Assembly: GCA_965208105.1 (NCBI GenBank)
Contig: OZ242318.1
Coordinates: 4,672,001 to 4,736,000 of the forward strand
DNA length: 64,000 nt
Reading direction: 5' to 3'
Source of the DNA: Candidatus Latescibacterota bacterium
GTDB taxonomy: Bacteria > Latescibacterota > UBA2968 > UBA8231
Part shown: piece by piece, positions 19,001 through 27,285 of the stretch
Position numbering within the stretch: the first letter of the stretch is position 1
Layout of the letters: each line of letters opens with the position of its first letter
Position numbers and translations under genes: made by a program
Notes under the pieces: generated by a model
Seen by the model: only the letters and a program-made list of their open reading frames with translations
What the model was told of the DNA's origin: nothing
Database searches by the model: none

Positions 19001-20855
19001 CGTTGCGCACCACGGCCACGGTTTCCGTTCGCGGCAAATCCGGTACGATACTGCGTCGAGGAAAAACCATTGTTTTTCCCCTCAGGGTGCGAAGATTATC
19101 CTTCAGACGCATTTTGAAGTCGGGAAAGAGCTCCGGGTCTTCGAAAGCCATGTGGAACATTCCCGCGAGCATGCGGATTTGCTTGGACAAATTTGTGAAG
19201 TTGACCCGGTCGGCCTTGTCCAGAGGCGTATCCACCAGGAATCGGGCGTCGTTCACCGTCACGAAGGCCAGGGCCGGAGTGCCGGCGTCGAGGACCAATT
19301 CGCTGTTCACCGAAATTTCCCCGGGTACGAATGTTTCCCAGCTCATCCCGCCTTCGGGGCTGATGCCGTTTATCAGCACGTCCTTGGGATTGTAGCCCAA
19401 TTCCCGGCTGATGAGGCGGGCGTAGCCAATGAAATTCTTTCCGAAGGGAGCGAAGTAGCGTTTGTAGTAGAAGCTGGTGTTGCTGTTCCACACCCCCAGT
19501 TCGTCGGTCTGCGAGGAAAGGTCCAGGCTGACAAAAAGCTTGATATCGAGAGAATCGACCTTGGGATTCACCCAGGTCCGATATAGATCCAGCTTCAAAC
19601 TCTCGTCGTCGATCAACTCCTCCAACAGATCCTCCTGGGTGGCGAAACTGTCCTTTTGAAACAGCAGGCGCCCCCCTTCCCTGCGCACGATGCCTTCCTC
19701 CAGGCTCGCGTTCAGCACCTCCGCAACCAGCGCAGTATCCCTGTCGGTGGCCGCGCTGCGTACCAGGGCTTCCTTGCCAAGAAATTCTTCACGACCCACC
19801 CGATAGTACACGCCATCCTGATCGATTCGGCCCTGGGCCAGCGCCGCTTCCACCGTTCTGCGAATCAACATGTGGTCTACGAAAGGGTCCTCCTTGCGCA
19901 GATAGCGCTGGATGAAATCGTCGACCCCGCGCAAGCCCAGGTGGTGGGCGGAGGTGGCCAGGAAGATGACGCTCCGCGCCGGTGGGTTGGCCTGAAAATA
20001 ACGCGCTAATTCCAGAAGAGCGGTGATGCCGGAGGCTTGCTCGGCGCCGGGAGCGAGCGCTGGAACCACCGACATGGCGTCGTAGTATGATTCCAGAACA
20101 ATGACCTCGTTGCGCAGGAGTGGATCATAGCCCGGGATGGTGGCGAAGATATTCCATGCCGGCCGCCGCTCCCAGTCCATGCGGTATTCCATCCGCACAT
20201 CCACTGGACCGGATGCGGCGATTGCCTCCCGTAGACTTTCACCGTTCAGTTTGGAGATCCAGAATCTGGGGATGTCGAGAGGCATGGTGAGAAACTTCTT
20301 TTCCCCCTCGAGGTAAACCGTTGAATCAGGTTCGACAAAGAGGACGGCAGAGGCTCCTAGGTAGGCGCTGTTGAGCCAGTTGTCTCCCGAGTTGAAGTCC
20401 ATCAAGACGATGGCGTCCTCGATATCCTGGCCGTCCATGTCGGAGAATTCCCCCGAACCGGCATCGATGATTCTTCCCCGCAGCCCTCCCTCGGGCAGAG
20501 TGGAGGTCTTCACCAGGTTGGGCCAAAGGCCATGGAGGGGAAAACCTTCGTCCTGGCCGACAATTTTGAGGAGGCCGCCTTGCTCAAGGGGAATCGAGAT
20601 GTCGTATTCCTGGACGGTGATCCCCTTCAGGCCGATATCGCGGAATGCTTTCTGAATGTGATGTGCTGCCTTCTCGGCCCCGTCATAGCCGGATACCCGG
20701 GACCCCAGGCTGGCGAAAAACTCCATACTGCGTTCCAGACGTTCCTCCGGCGCCGTATTCCTCAGCGCGTCGAAATCTACGGCAGCGTCTGCAATAGTCG
20801 CGTCGAGGCAACTTATGAGCCCCCACAACCATAAGCTTGCCAGGCGCCTAATCAT
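16098..20855 (-). CDS. Giant membrane protein: signal peptide, PA/M28 peptidase-like domain, TM bundle, MacB periplasmic domain and FtsX permease
   Basis: APGAEQASGITALLELARY M28-like; SNMKRRKTRTALT and GRWF..VIGV MacB-PCD; VYERFREIGIYSSVGL and STIYPARKAS FtsX. Confidence 0.8.
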   Translation of the reverse strand: MIRRLASLWLWGLISCLDATIADAAVDFDALRNTAPEERLERSMEFFASLGSRVSGYDGAEKAAHHIQKAFRDIGLKGITVQEYDISIPLEQGGLLKIVGQDEGFPLHGLWPNLVKTSTLPEGGLRGRIIDAGSGEFSDMDGQDIEDAIVLMDFNSGDNWLNSAYLGASAVLFVEPDSTVYLEGEKKFLTMPLDIPRFWISKLNGESLREAIAASGPVDVRMEYRMDWERRPAWNIFATIPGYDPLLRNEVIVLESYYDAMSVVPALAPGAEQASGITALLELARYFQANPPARSVIFLATSAHHLGLRGVDDFIQRYLRKEDPFVDHMLIRRTVEAALAQGRIDQDGVYYRVGREEFLGKEALVRSAATDRDTALVAEVLNASLEEGIVRREGGRLLFQKDSFATQEDLLEELIDDESLKLDLYRTWVNPKVDSLDIKLFVSLDLSSQTDELGVWNSNTSFYYKRYFAPFGKNFIGYARLISRELGYNPKDVLINGISPEGGMSWETFVPGEISVNSELVLDAGTPALAFVTVNDARFLVDTPLDKADRVNFTNLSKQIRMLAGMFHMAFEDPELFPDFKMRLKDNLRTLRGKTMVFPRRSIVPDLPRTETVAVVRNGKKKSYKGVRGEYFETVDENGTFYVNRIRVKNLQIEGYYMDPITGKITYAPDRGVQGDETYPMLIEMDWRDKEWMVILFPCEAYNFYDIVDPRYLTKLSTVSVFDESNSAPVEYGYTIGEGPSSKDEPVGVLFARPGTQVKMGFGASILGFRSLLLNAGTHMDIDAAEGAGFAIDSETSFARTSFLTARDMWNLDEARMAELKSFAIENQRLNNLHGRAKVELDAAEAALGQKKWSDFVRHTRSAIGLESRAYPDVKSTQNDVIQGIIFFMALVIPCAFFAERLLITAATIKNQILGFVGVFLVIWIILWQVHPAFQLSNPFVILLAFVILALAVLVMWIISGRFNEQMKKLRTEVAVIHDTDVSRSSASMTAFQLGISNMKRRKTRTALTFATLLLLTFTVLSFTSIKTGLRFNQIERDNEGLYEGLLIRSKAWLPLEESVLEYANSNFHEIAAIAPRSWYTNKEKAHIKIKHGSRSHNALGVLGLTPTEQEVTGMDRALVAGRWFRPGEENVCILPNDMIGADNLNLDLADVGSARVRVFGEHFTVIGVIDSKRMKDLKDLDDEIMTPADFAVTGGQAVQEIEEEEEREKQGLEDAKVIIKPFVHLEPANILITPYHTLRNVGSGNPLQSVAVRFHEGIDERREIEEFISRLAVTLFAGIREEGDEYIKVSIYSSLGLTSFSGLANLFIPILIASLIVLNTMMGSVYERFREIGIYSSVGLAPRHISWLFIAESCVYSVLGVVAGYLAGQMIAKGLIVLDLLSGFTLNYSSLAAVTSCILVMVVVMLSTIYPARKASQMAVPDVTRRWKLPPPQGDQWNFDFPFTVSGHEVLGLCVFLIGYFDSYSEESIGTFYTDGANLRRFETDDGEGYIIDMNIWLAPFDLGVSQNVVFHATPESEHQIYTITLKIKRLSGEDASWRRVNQRFMNVIRKQFLIWRTVDAEAKENYREQGGQILAGERTEITA

Positions 20856-21025
20856 GAGATGTACCTTCCCGGTGAGAGCAGTGGGCAGATTCGGTCCCGT
20901 GTGAATGTTCGGTGTAAATATAAGCAAATGGCATCAAGGTTCCACTGCCAGGTAGAGAGGCATCGCATCCACCCGGGAGATCTCCGGATTCTGGAAATCC
21001 ATCACCGGTTCCCCGGTTAGCGGTC

Positions 21026-21544
21026 CTATTGCTCAAGCCAGCCATTTGCGCGCAATTTTCCAAGTGTCCAGTAAACAAGCAGGCCGATGAGTATCCCGCT
21101 CGCGAGACCCGTGGCAAGAAATATGGGCAGGAGGAAGAACAGGGAAGCGTGGCCGATGTAAAGGTAGGCCAGGAGCAGTTGGACAGATTGATGAATCAGA
21201 GCACCCAGGGCACTCAGGCCCACGGGGCTGAATAGTTCCGGCTTACTTTTGAAAACCCCTGCCATTACGGCGAGGCTGGCCATCCCCGCGCCCCCGGCGA
21301 TTACGAATGCAGGTCCTCCCAGACTCCCGCTGATCAGCCCGCCCACAAGCAGCTTGATGGCGCTTACTCCCAGTGCGGCGAGAAAGCCGTATACCATCAA
21401 TGCGAGCAATACTGCCAGATTTCCCAATCCCAACTTCATCCATGGCAGGGGCCTCGGGACCAGTGATTCGAAAACGAACAAGACCAGAGCGGCGCTTCCA
21501 AATAGTCCCAGCCGGGTGAGATCCCTGGCGGAAATAGAATTCAT
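21026..21544 (-). CDS. Gx transporter / heptaprenyl-PP synthase component I family membrane protein (EetB-like)
   Basis: ESLVPRPLPWMKLGLGN, FSPVGLSALGALIHQSVQL. Confidence 0.8.
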   Translation of the reverse strand: MNSISARDLTRLGLFGSAALVLFVFESLVPRPLPWMKLGLGNLAVLLALMVYGFLAALGVSAIKLLVGGLISGSLGGPAFVIAGGAGMASLAVMAGVFKSKPELFSPVGLSALGALIHQSVQLLLAYLYIGHASLFFLLPIFLATGLASGILIGLLVYWTLGKLRANGWLEQ

Positions 21545-21990
21545 CGGCTCACCATGTCGAAACCCTTTCCATAAGTCCTGCCCTGGACCCGTAATACCAG
21601 GCGGTTGGGTACGCAGACTGCCGCCTCACCCCGGCGCCGCACCCATCCCCTGCGCACGCAGAGAAGTTGCGGGCATGGAGCCGCAACAATCCGGGCGGCT
21701 CCTTCGCGGATTTCCACCTCGCTGATCCCCTTTGGACCATCCAGGCGCAAGGACCGCGGTTCCGAGAGTGGGTATGGTCCGAACACCTCTGCAGCTACCT
21801 CGACCACCACCTCTGCACCGTCAGGGGAGGGATCGAACTGGTAGGCTGAAAGGCCAATAATAAAAAGCGCCGCACCGAGTATCAATAGCTTGTCGGCCCT
21901 GGTTAGAATCGCCCACCACGCAACCAGGGAAGCCAGGGGTGAATGCCTGGAGTGGCTCGGTGGTTTTTCCCGTCCGGGCTTACTTGACAT
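21541..21990 (-). CDS. NusG domain II / DUF1312 protein (EetA-like)
   Basis: N-terminal TM; APCPQLLCVRRGW...VCVPNRLVL motif; ATGA overlap with the Gx gene. Confidence 0.82.
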   Translation of the reverse strand: MSSKPGREKPPSHSRHSPLASLVAWWAILTRADKLLILGAALFIIGLSAYQFDPSPDGAEVVVEVAAEVFGPYPLSEPRSLRLDGPKGISEVEIREGAARIVAAPCPQLLCVRRGWVRRRGEAAVCVPNRLVLRVQGRTYGKGFDMVSR

Positions 21991-22168
21991 TATCTGCGAT
22001 CTTTGCTAAACTTTCTGGGATTTCCAGGGTCTAACTTGTTGAATTACGGCTACTTCAGCAATCGATTCTCGACCCATAATTCAAGATTCGCGGTCCTGGA
22101 CGACCTCATTCGAACACAGCTCGACCCACTGCAATGTTCCAATTCCGCGTACCGTGAAGGAGCTATCT

Positions 22169-22372
22169 ATGAGTTGCAATTTCAGCGTTGAAATCAGAGG
22201 CGGCGAACCATTCGAAAAAACCCTGCGTCGTTTCTCGGCAAAATTGCGAAAAACAGGCGTACTGCAGGACTTGAAGAGACGCCGCTTTTTCGTCAAACCC
22301 TCCGTCCAGAAAAAGATCGATCGCCAAAAGAGCATACGCCGACAGCAAAAAGCTCAGAGGCTCGCGCGATAA
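22169..22372 (+). CDS. rpsU: 30S ribosomal protein S21
   Basis: AAGGAG RBS; EPFEKTLRRF..KTGVLQDLKRRRFFVKPS. Confidence 0.9.
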   Translation: MSCNFSVEIRGGEPFEKTLRRFSAKLRKTGVLQDLKRRRFFVKPSVQKKIDRQKSIRRQQKAQRLAR

Positions 22373-22545
22373 CTCCGACCTCTCCGAGCGTCTGCCGGAT
22401 CTGAATCGGTTGCCCGAGTTTAAACTTCCCGATCCCCGGGACCTCGCTGCCTTGCCGTCCGCGCCTCCTCACGTCGCGGTAGCCGTTGGGCGCCGAAGCG
22501 AGTAGTCCTTCAACCCAGACTCACCCACATCGCGGGTGGATCGAA

Positions 22546-24801
22546 ATGGGCGACTTGCCATCTCACACAGCTGATCCCGATGCCCCAAAGGCCGTCGATC
22601 CGACTCCCGGGATTCCCATTCCTCTCGCCCACCTCGATGCAACTCTAGAACAAGCCGAAGGCCATCTGCAGCTGCAGATGTTGCTGATAGAAGTGGCCTC
22701 CTCCAACGAGCAGGCCGACTTCGATCTCATCTCCCGGGCCTATCACTTCGCCAGCGAGCATCACGGCGGCCAGATTCGCAAATCAGGCAGACCCTTTTTC
22801 CTGCAGCACTGCGTCGAGGTAGCCCGCATATTGGCACAGTTGCGGCTTGACTCCACAACCGTAGCTGCTGGTCTCTTGCACGACGTCCTTGAGGACACGC
22901 CGGCTACTCCGGAAAAGGTTACAGAGGAGTTCGGCCAAAAGATTGCCGCGCTTATCGACGGGGTTACCAAGATCGACCGTTTCACCTTCGATAGCCGGGA
23001 AGCGCGCCAGGCCGAGACCTATCGCAAGATGTTGCTGTCCATGACCAGGGATATACGGGTCATCCTGATCAAGTTTGCCGACCGCCTGCACAACATGCGC
23101 ACCTTGGAGCACATCGCCCCCAGCCAACAGCGCCGCGTTGCCCTCGAGACCCTCGACGTCTTCGCTCCTTTGGCCCACCGCTTCGGGCTTGCCCGCATTC
23201 GCTGGGAGCTCGAAGACTTGAGTCTCAAGTATCTCGAACCCGAAACATACCAGGAGATCGCAGACAAGGTTGCCATGAAGCGCAAGGAGCGCGAGGACTA
23301 CATCGAGGAGTTCAAGGCGCCCATAGAAGAAGAATTGCGCAAAACCGGAATCGAGGTCGAGATCACCGGAAGGGCAAAGAATTTTTTCAGTATCTACAAC
23401 AAAATGAAGAGGCGCAGCAAGCCATTCGAGGAAATCAATGATCTCATGGCCATACGCCTGATCGTCAGGTCCGTGCGCGAATGTTACCACACCCTGGGCC
23501 TGGTTCATACAATCTACCATCCCAAACCCGATCGTTTCAAGGATTATATTGCTACGCCCAAGACCAACATGTATCAGTCTCTGCACACCTCGGTCATTGG
23601 TCCGCGGGGCCTGCCCGTCGAAATTCAGATCCGGACTGCGGAGATGCACCACACGGCCGAGATAGGTATCGCCACCCACTGGAGGTGCGAGTCGGGAGAT
23701 ACTCGTCCAAGCGACCTTGACCAGCACATGCACTGGCTGCGCCAGGTCCTGGACTGGCAGCGCGATGCCACGGACCCGGCCGAATTCATGGAGAGCCTCA
23801 AAATCGATCTCTTTCAAGATGAGATTTTCATTTTTACCCCCAAGGGGGATCTCCACCAGCTCCCTCAGGGCGCAACCCCCATCGATTTCGCATTCGCCAT
23901 CCATACGGATATCGGCCTGCAATGTCTGACCGCGAAGATAAACGGCCACGTCGTCCCCATCGCGACCGAATTGAAGAGCGGGGATACGGTGGAGATCATC
24001 ACCTCCTCCCACCAGAAGCCAAGTCAGTCCTGGCTGGAAGTGGCCAAGACCACCAAGGCTCGCCACGCAATTCGCCGCTGGTTGAGAGAAGAACGACACG
24101 CCCATTCCGCCCGACTCGGACAGGAGATGCTCGAACGCGAGTTGAAGAGGTGTCGCCATAACCTGAAAAGCGGAGAGTTGGAGGCGTTGGGAAAGGCATT
24201 CGACCTCGCCGACAGCGAACATCTATACGCTGCCATCGGCAGCGGCGATCTCTCCGTTGTAAAGGTTGTAAACCAGCTTGTTCCCCACAAGCTGAGTCCC
24301 CGGCCCCGGCCCAGGCTCAGGGACCAGCGGGGCATCCTCATCCAGGGAATGGACGACCTGATGGTCAGTTTTGCAAAGTGCTGTACCCCGATACCCGGCG
24401 ATCCCATTATTGGCCTGATTACTCGGGGACGTGGAATCTCCGTGCACCGCATCGATTGTTCCAATACCGGTTCCGTTGCAGCGGAACCGGAACGGCTATT
24501 GGCCGTTGAATGGAATCCCGATGAGGATTTTGCCTTTACCGTGCAACTGCGCGTCAAGAGCCATGACCGCAAGTACCTGCTCTCCGATATTACCAAGGTG
24601 ATCAGTGATACCGGCGCGAATATCTACAGTTCGACGACGCGGACGACGGGCAATATCGCCGCCCAAGACTTCTGGGTCGACGTTAAAAATACAGGCCAAC
24701 TTTCGGAAACAATTGAGAAGATTTTGAAAGTAGAAGGGGTGATTGAGGTGTATCGGGTCGGGGAGACGCAGGTTTCATCACCCTCACCTGCAACATCTTA
24801 G
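22546..24801 (+). CDS. rel: Bifunctional (p)ppGpp synthetase/hydrolase Rel/SpoT
   Basis: HD motif LLHDVLED, KFADRLHNMRTL, RFKDY, YQSLHT, EIQIRT; TGS, AKCC and ACT domains. Confidence 0.93.
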   Translation: MGDLPSHTADPDAPKAVDPTPGIPIPLAHLDATLEQAEGHLQLQMLLIEVASSNEQADFDLISRAYHFASEHHGGQIRKSGRPFFLQHCVEVARILAQLRLDSTTVAAGLLHDVLEDTPATPEKVTEEFGQKIAALIDGVTKIDRFTFDSREARQAETYRKMLLSMTRDIRVILIKFADRLHNMRTLEHIAPSQQRRVALETLDVFAPLAHRFGLARIRWELEDLSLKYLEPETYQEIADKVAMKRKEREDYIEEFKAPIEEELRKTGIEVEITGRAKNFFSIYNKMKRRSKPFEEINDLMAIRLIVRSVRECYHTLGLVHTIYHPKPDRFKDYIATPKTNMYQSLHTSVIGPRGLPVEIQIRTAEMHHTAEIGIATHWRCESGDTRPSDLDQHMHWLRQVLDWQRDATDPAEFMESLKIDLFQDEIFIFTPKGDLHQLPQGATPIDFAFAIHTDIGLQCLTAKINGHVVPIATELKSGDTVEIITSSHQKPSQSWLEVAKTTKARHAIRRWLREERHAHSARLGQEMLERELKRCRHNLKSGELEALGKAFDLADSEHLYAAIGSGDLSVVKVVNQLVPHKLSPRPRPRLRDQRGILIQGMDDLMVSFAKCCTPIPGDPIIGLITRGRGISVHRIDCSNTGSVAAEPERLLAVEWNPDEDFAFTVQLRVKSHDRKYLLSDITKVISDTGANIYSSTTRTTGNIAAQDFWVDVKNTGQLSETIEKILKVEGVIEVYRVGETQVSSPSPATS

Positions 24802-24804
24802 AAC

Positions 24805-24837
24805 TCCGGCGAGGGGGGACCGCGGCCCTTCGCCGGA
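24805..24837 (+). terminator. GC-rich hairpin just after the rel stop (weak U-tract)
   Basis: TCCGGCGAGGG...CCCTTCGCCGGA inverted repeat. Confidence 0.45.
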
Positions 24838-24901
24838 TCCATTTCCACATTGCAAACCTTCGGGTGCGCCATTCGCAGGCAGCTAGGAGTACCTCTGCAA
24901 G

Positions 24902-26008
24902 ATGCCAGCCGACTATTTCCTTCCCCACATCTCCCGCATGAATGCATATGTCCCGGGAGAACAGCCGCGGGAAGGGGGTTTCATCAAGCTCAACACCAAC
25001 GAGAATCCCTACCCGCCGTCCCCCCTGGTCCTTCGGCGTCTGCGCTCGGCCTGCGAGGAAGATCTCAAACTCTATCCGGACCCGGATGCCAGTGCCGTGC
25101 GCCGCAGGTTGGGCGAGATTTTCTCCGTCCATCCCGACGAAACTATCGTCGGAAATGGTTCGGACGAGTTGCTCAATATCGTCGTGCGGTGTTTTGCGGG
25201 CCCGGGCGAGAAGGTCGTCTATCCAAGTCCGACCTACGGTTACTACGAGAAGCTGGTCCGCCTGCAGAACGCCAGGCCGATTCCCATTGGCTTTCCCGAA
25301 GATTTTTCGCTCCCTCAAGATCTTGTTTTGGAGGATGCACGGGTTACCTTGATCGCCAACCCCAACTCCCCTTCAGGCACACTTGTTCCCTGCCGGGAAA
25401 TCGCAGGAGTGGCGAGCGCCACGAATGGGGTTCTGGTGGTGGACGAGGCCTATGTGGACTTCGCCGAGGAGGGGTGCGTTCGCCTCATCGACTCGTATCC
25501 AAACGTCATTGTCGTGCGCACCATGTCGAAGTCTTTTTCCCTGGCCGGCATGCGCATAGGCTTTGGCTTCGCCAACCGAGAGCTGGTGGCAGGGATGCGC
25601 AAGGTCAAGGAGCACTACAACATGGGACGGCTGGGCCTGGTGGCCGCGGAGGCCGCACTGGAGGACATGGATTGGATGCGAGGTCACGCCGCCCGCATCT
25701 GTGCGACCCGGAATCACCTCGTTCAAGGCCTCGTTGACCTGGGCTTTTCGGTTTGGGACTCCGCGGCCAATTTCGTCCTTGCCCGGATCGACAACCCTCC
25801 TGCCTCCGGGGTCTATGCGAAATTGAAGGAGCGCCGTATCCTGGTGCGCTACTTTGATCAGGGCCGCCTGCGTGATTGTTTGCGCATCACGGTCGGCCAG
25901 GACCGGGAAGTTGCAGCGCTGCTTCAAGCTCTGGAAGAAATCTTTGGCGAGGAAAAGGGTGAAGGCCAGAAAAGTCCGGAAGTGGATTCAAAGACAGGTG
26001 GAAGATAG
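24902..26008 (+). CDS. hisC: Histidinol-phosphate aminotransferase
   Basis: YVPGEQP, KLNTNENPYPPS, GNGSDE, NPNSPSG, DEAYVDF, RTMSKSFSLAGMR. Confidence 0.92.
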   Translation: MPADYFLPHISRMNAYVPGEQPREGGFIKLNTNENPYPPSPLVLRRLRSACEEDLKLYPDPDASAVRRRLGEIFSVHPDETIVGNGSDELLNIVVRCFAGPGEKVVYPSPTYGYYEKLVRLQNARPIPIGFPEDFSLPQDLVLEDARVTLIANPNSPSGTLVPCREIAGVASATNGVLVVDEAYVDFAEEGCVRLIDSYPNVIVVRTMSKSFSLAGMRIGFGFANRELVAGMRKVKEHYNMGRLGLVAAEAALEDMDWMRGHAARICATRNHLVQGLVDLGFSVWDSAANFVLARIDNPPASGVYAKLKERRILVRYFDQGRLRDCLRITVGQDREVAALLQALEEIFGEEKGEGQKSPEVDSKTGGR

Positions 26009-26050
26009 CAGTTGCATTCTCTAATCGGGCGATTCACCTGGTAGGATCCT

Positions 26051-26086
26051 TCGCCTCTTTCCCCTCCCAAGGGGCGGGGCAGGCGA
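26051..26086. terminator. Hairpin between convergent hisC and GT2 genes
   Basis: TCGCCT...CCCCT ccca AGGGG...AGGCGA nested inverted repeat. Confidence 0.4.
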
Positions 26087-26087
26087 T

Positions 26088-27092
26088 TCAACGAATATTC
26101 GAGTGAGTTTCCGACCCCTCAGGACCCCCGAGGCGCTGGCTGATGCGTGGAGTGCGCCCGCCGCGCTGGTGCATACTGGCCAGCATATCGCCGAGCAGAC
26201 CGGTCGAGAAGAATTGAATCCCTACAATGATCAGCAGGATTCCCAGCATGAGCAGGGGAAGACGGTTTTGTATGTTTCCGTGCTCGTATCGCAGAAAGGC
26301 GATGTATCCACAGACCACCGAGCCAGTCAGAGTGGAAATCATTCCCAATGCCCCGAAGATGTGCATGGGAGTGGTCATGAAGCGCACCACGAAGGTGATT
26401 GTCAGCAGGTCGAGGAAGCCATTGAGCAGGCGACCGGCGCCGAATTTGGACCGGCCGAATTGCCGCGGGTGGTGCCGCACCGGAATCTCCCCCACACGGT
26501 ACCCCGCCCAGTGGGCAATGGCAGGAAGGTAGCGGTAAAGTTCCCCGTAAAGGTAGGGGATGGCGTCTTCGGCCACTTCGCGGCGGTAGGCCTTGAGCCC
26601 GCAATTGAAATCGTGCAGGCGGATTCCCGCAACCATTGATGTCACCCTGTTGAACAATTTGGATGGCAAGGTCTTGCTCAAGGGATCGCGGCGGTTTTTC
26701 TTCCAGCCCGATACCAGGTCGTAGTCTCGGTTGAGAGCCTCCAGCAGGCGGGGAATTTCCTCGGGGTCGTCCTGCAGATCTGCGTCCATCGTGACGATTA
26801 TCCGGCCGCGGGCTTCCAGGAAGCCTGTGGCCAGCGCGGCGGCCTTGCGGTGGTTGCGCCTGAAACGCACGGCCCGGATGCGCGGATACTTCGCGCTCAT
26901 CTCAACGACGGCGTCGTAAGATGCGTCGGTGCTGCCGTCATCCACGAAGATGATCTCTGACTCGAATTCCTGATTTTCCAGGACCAGATGCAGCTTTTCA
27001 CATAGTGGACGGAGGCTATCTTCCTCGTCGAAGACTGGAATGACCACCGACAGGTAGGGATTTCCCCCCGGTGATTCAGGACTTGAGCTCAT
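26088..27092 (-). CDS. GT2 polyprenol-phosphate glycosyltransferase (ArnC/DPM1-like)
   Basis: SVVIPVFDE, VDDGSTD, TMDADLQDDPEEIP, HDFNCGLKAYR, two C-terminal TMs. Confidence 0.9.
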   Translation of the reverse strand: MSSSPESPGGNPYLSVVIPVFDEEDSLRPLCEKLHLVLENQEFESEIIFVDDGSTDASYDAVVEMSAKYPRIRAVRFRRNHRKAAALATGFLEARGRIIVTMDADLQDDPEEIPRLLEALNRDYDLVSGWKKNRRDPLSKTLPSKLFNRVTSMVAGIRLHDFNCGLKAYRREVAEDAIPYLYGELYRYLPAIAHWAGYRVGEIPVRHHPRQFGRSKFGAGRLLNGFLDLLTITFVVRFMTTPMHIFGALGMISTLTGSVVCGYIAFLRYEHGNIQNRLPLLMLGILLIIVGIQFFSTGLLGDMLASMHQRGGRTPRISQRLGGPEGSETHSNIR

Positions 27093-27285
27093 CGACTTCC
27101 TCTCTCCAGCTGCCAGTGCGGTTTGGTAGTACCGGGTAAGTGGATTCCGGGGCGGAACGTCAGCCCCCTTGTGTTCTGTCGTAGCTGCCCCCGAAATTCC
27201 AAAAATAATAATTGCGGGCTTGTATGCACAATCGGCAACCGCCCGGGCTTGACACCCTCCTTCAGTACGCAGTATATAGCCTGTC

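Noticed and set aside
22373-22545. Riboswitch in the rpsU-rel spacer
   Set aside because: GCGCCGAAG recalls a glycine aptamer, but GGAGA and CUCAGG elements are missing
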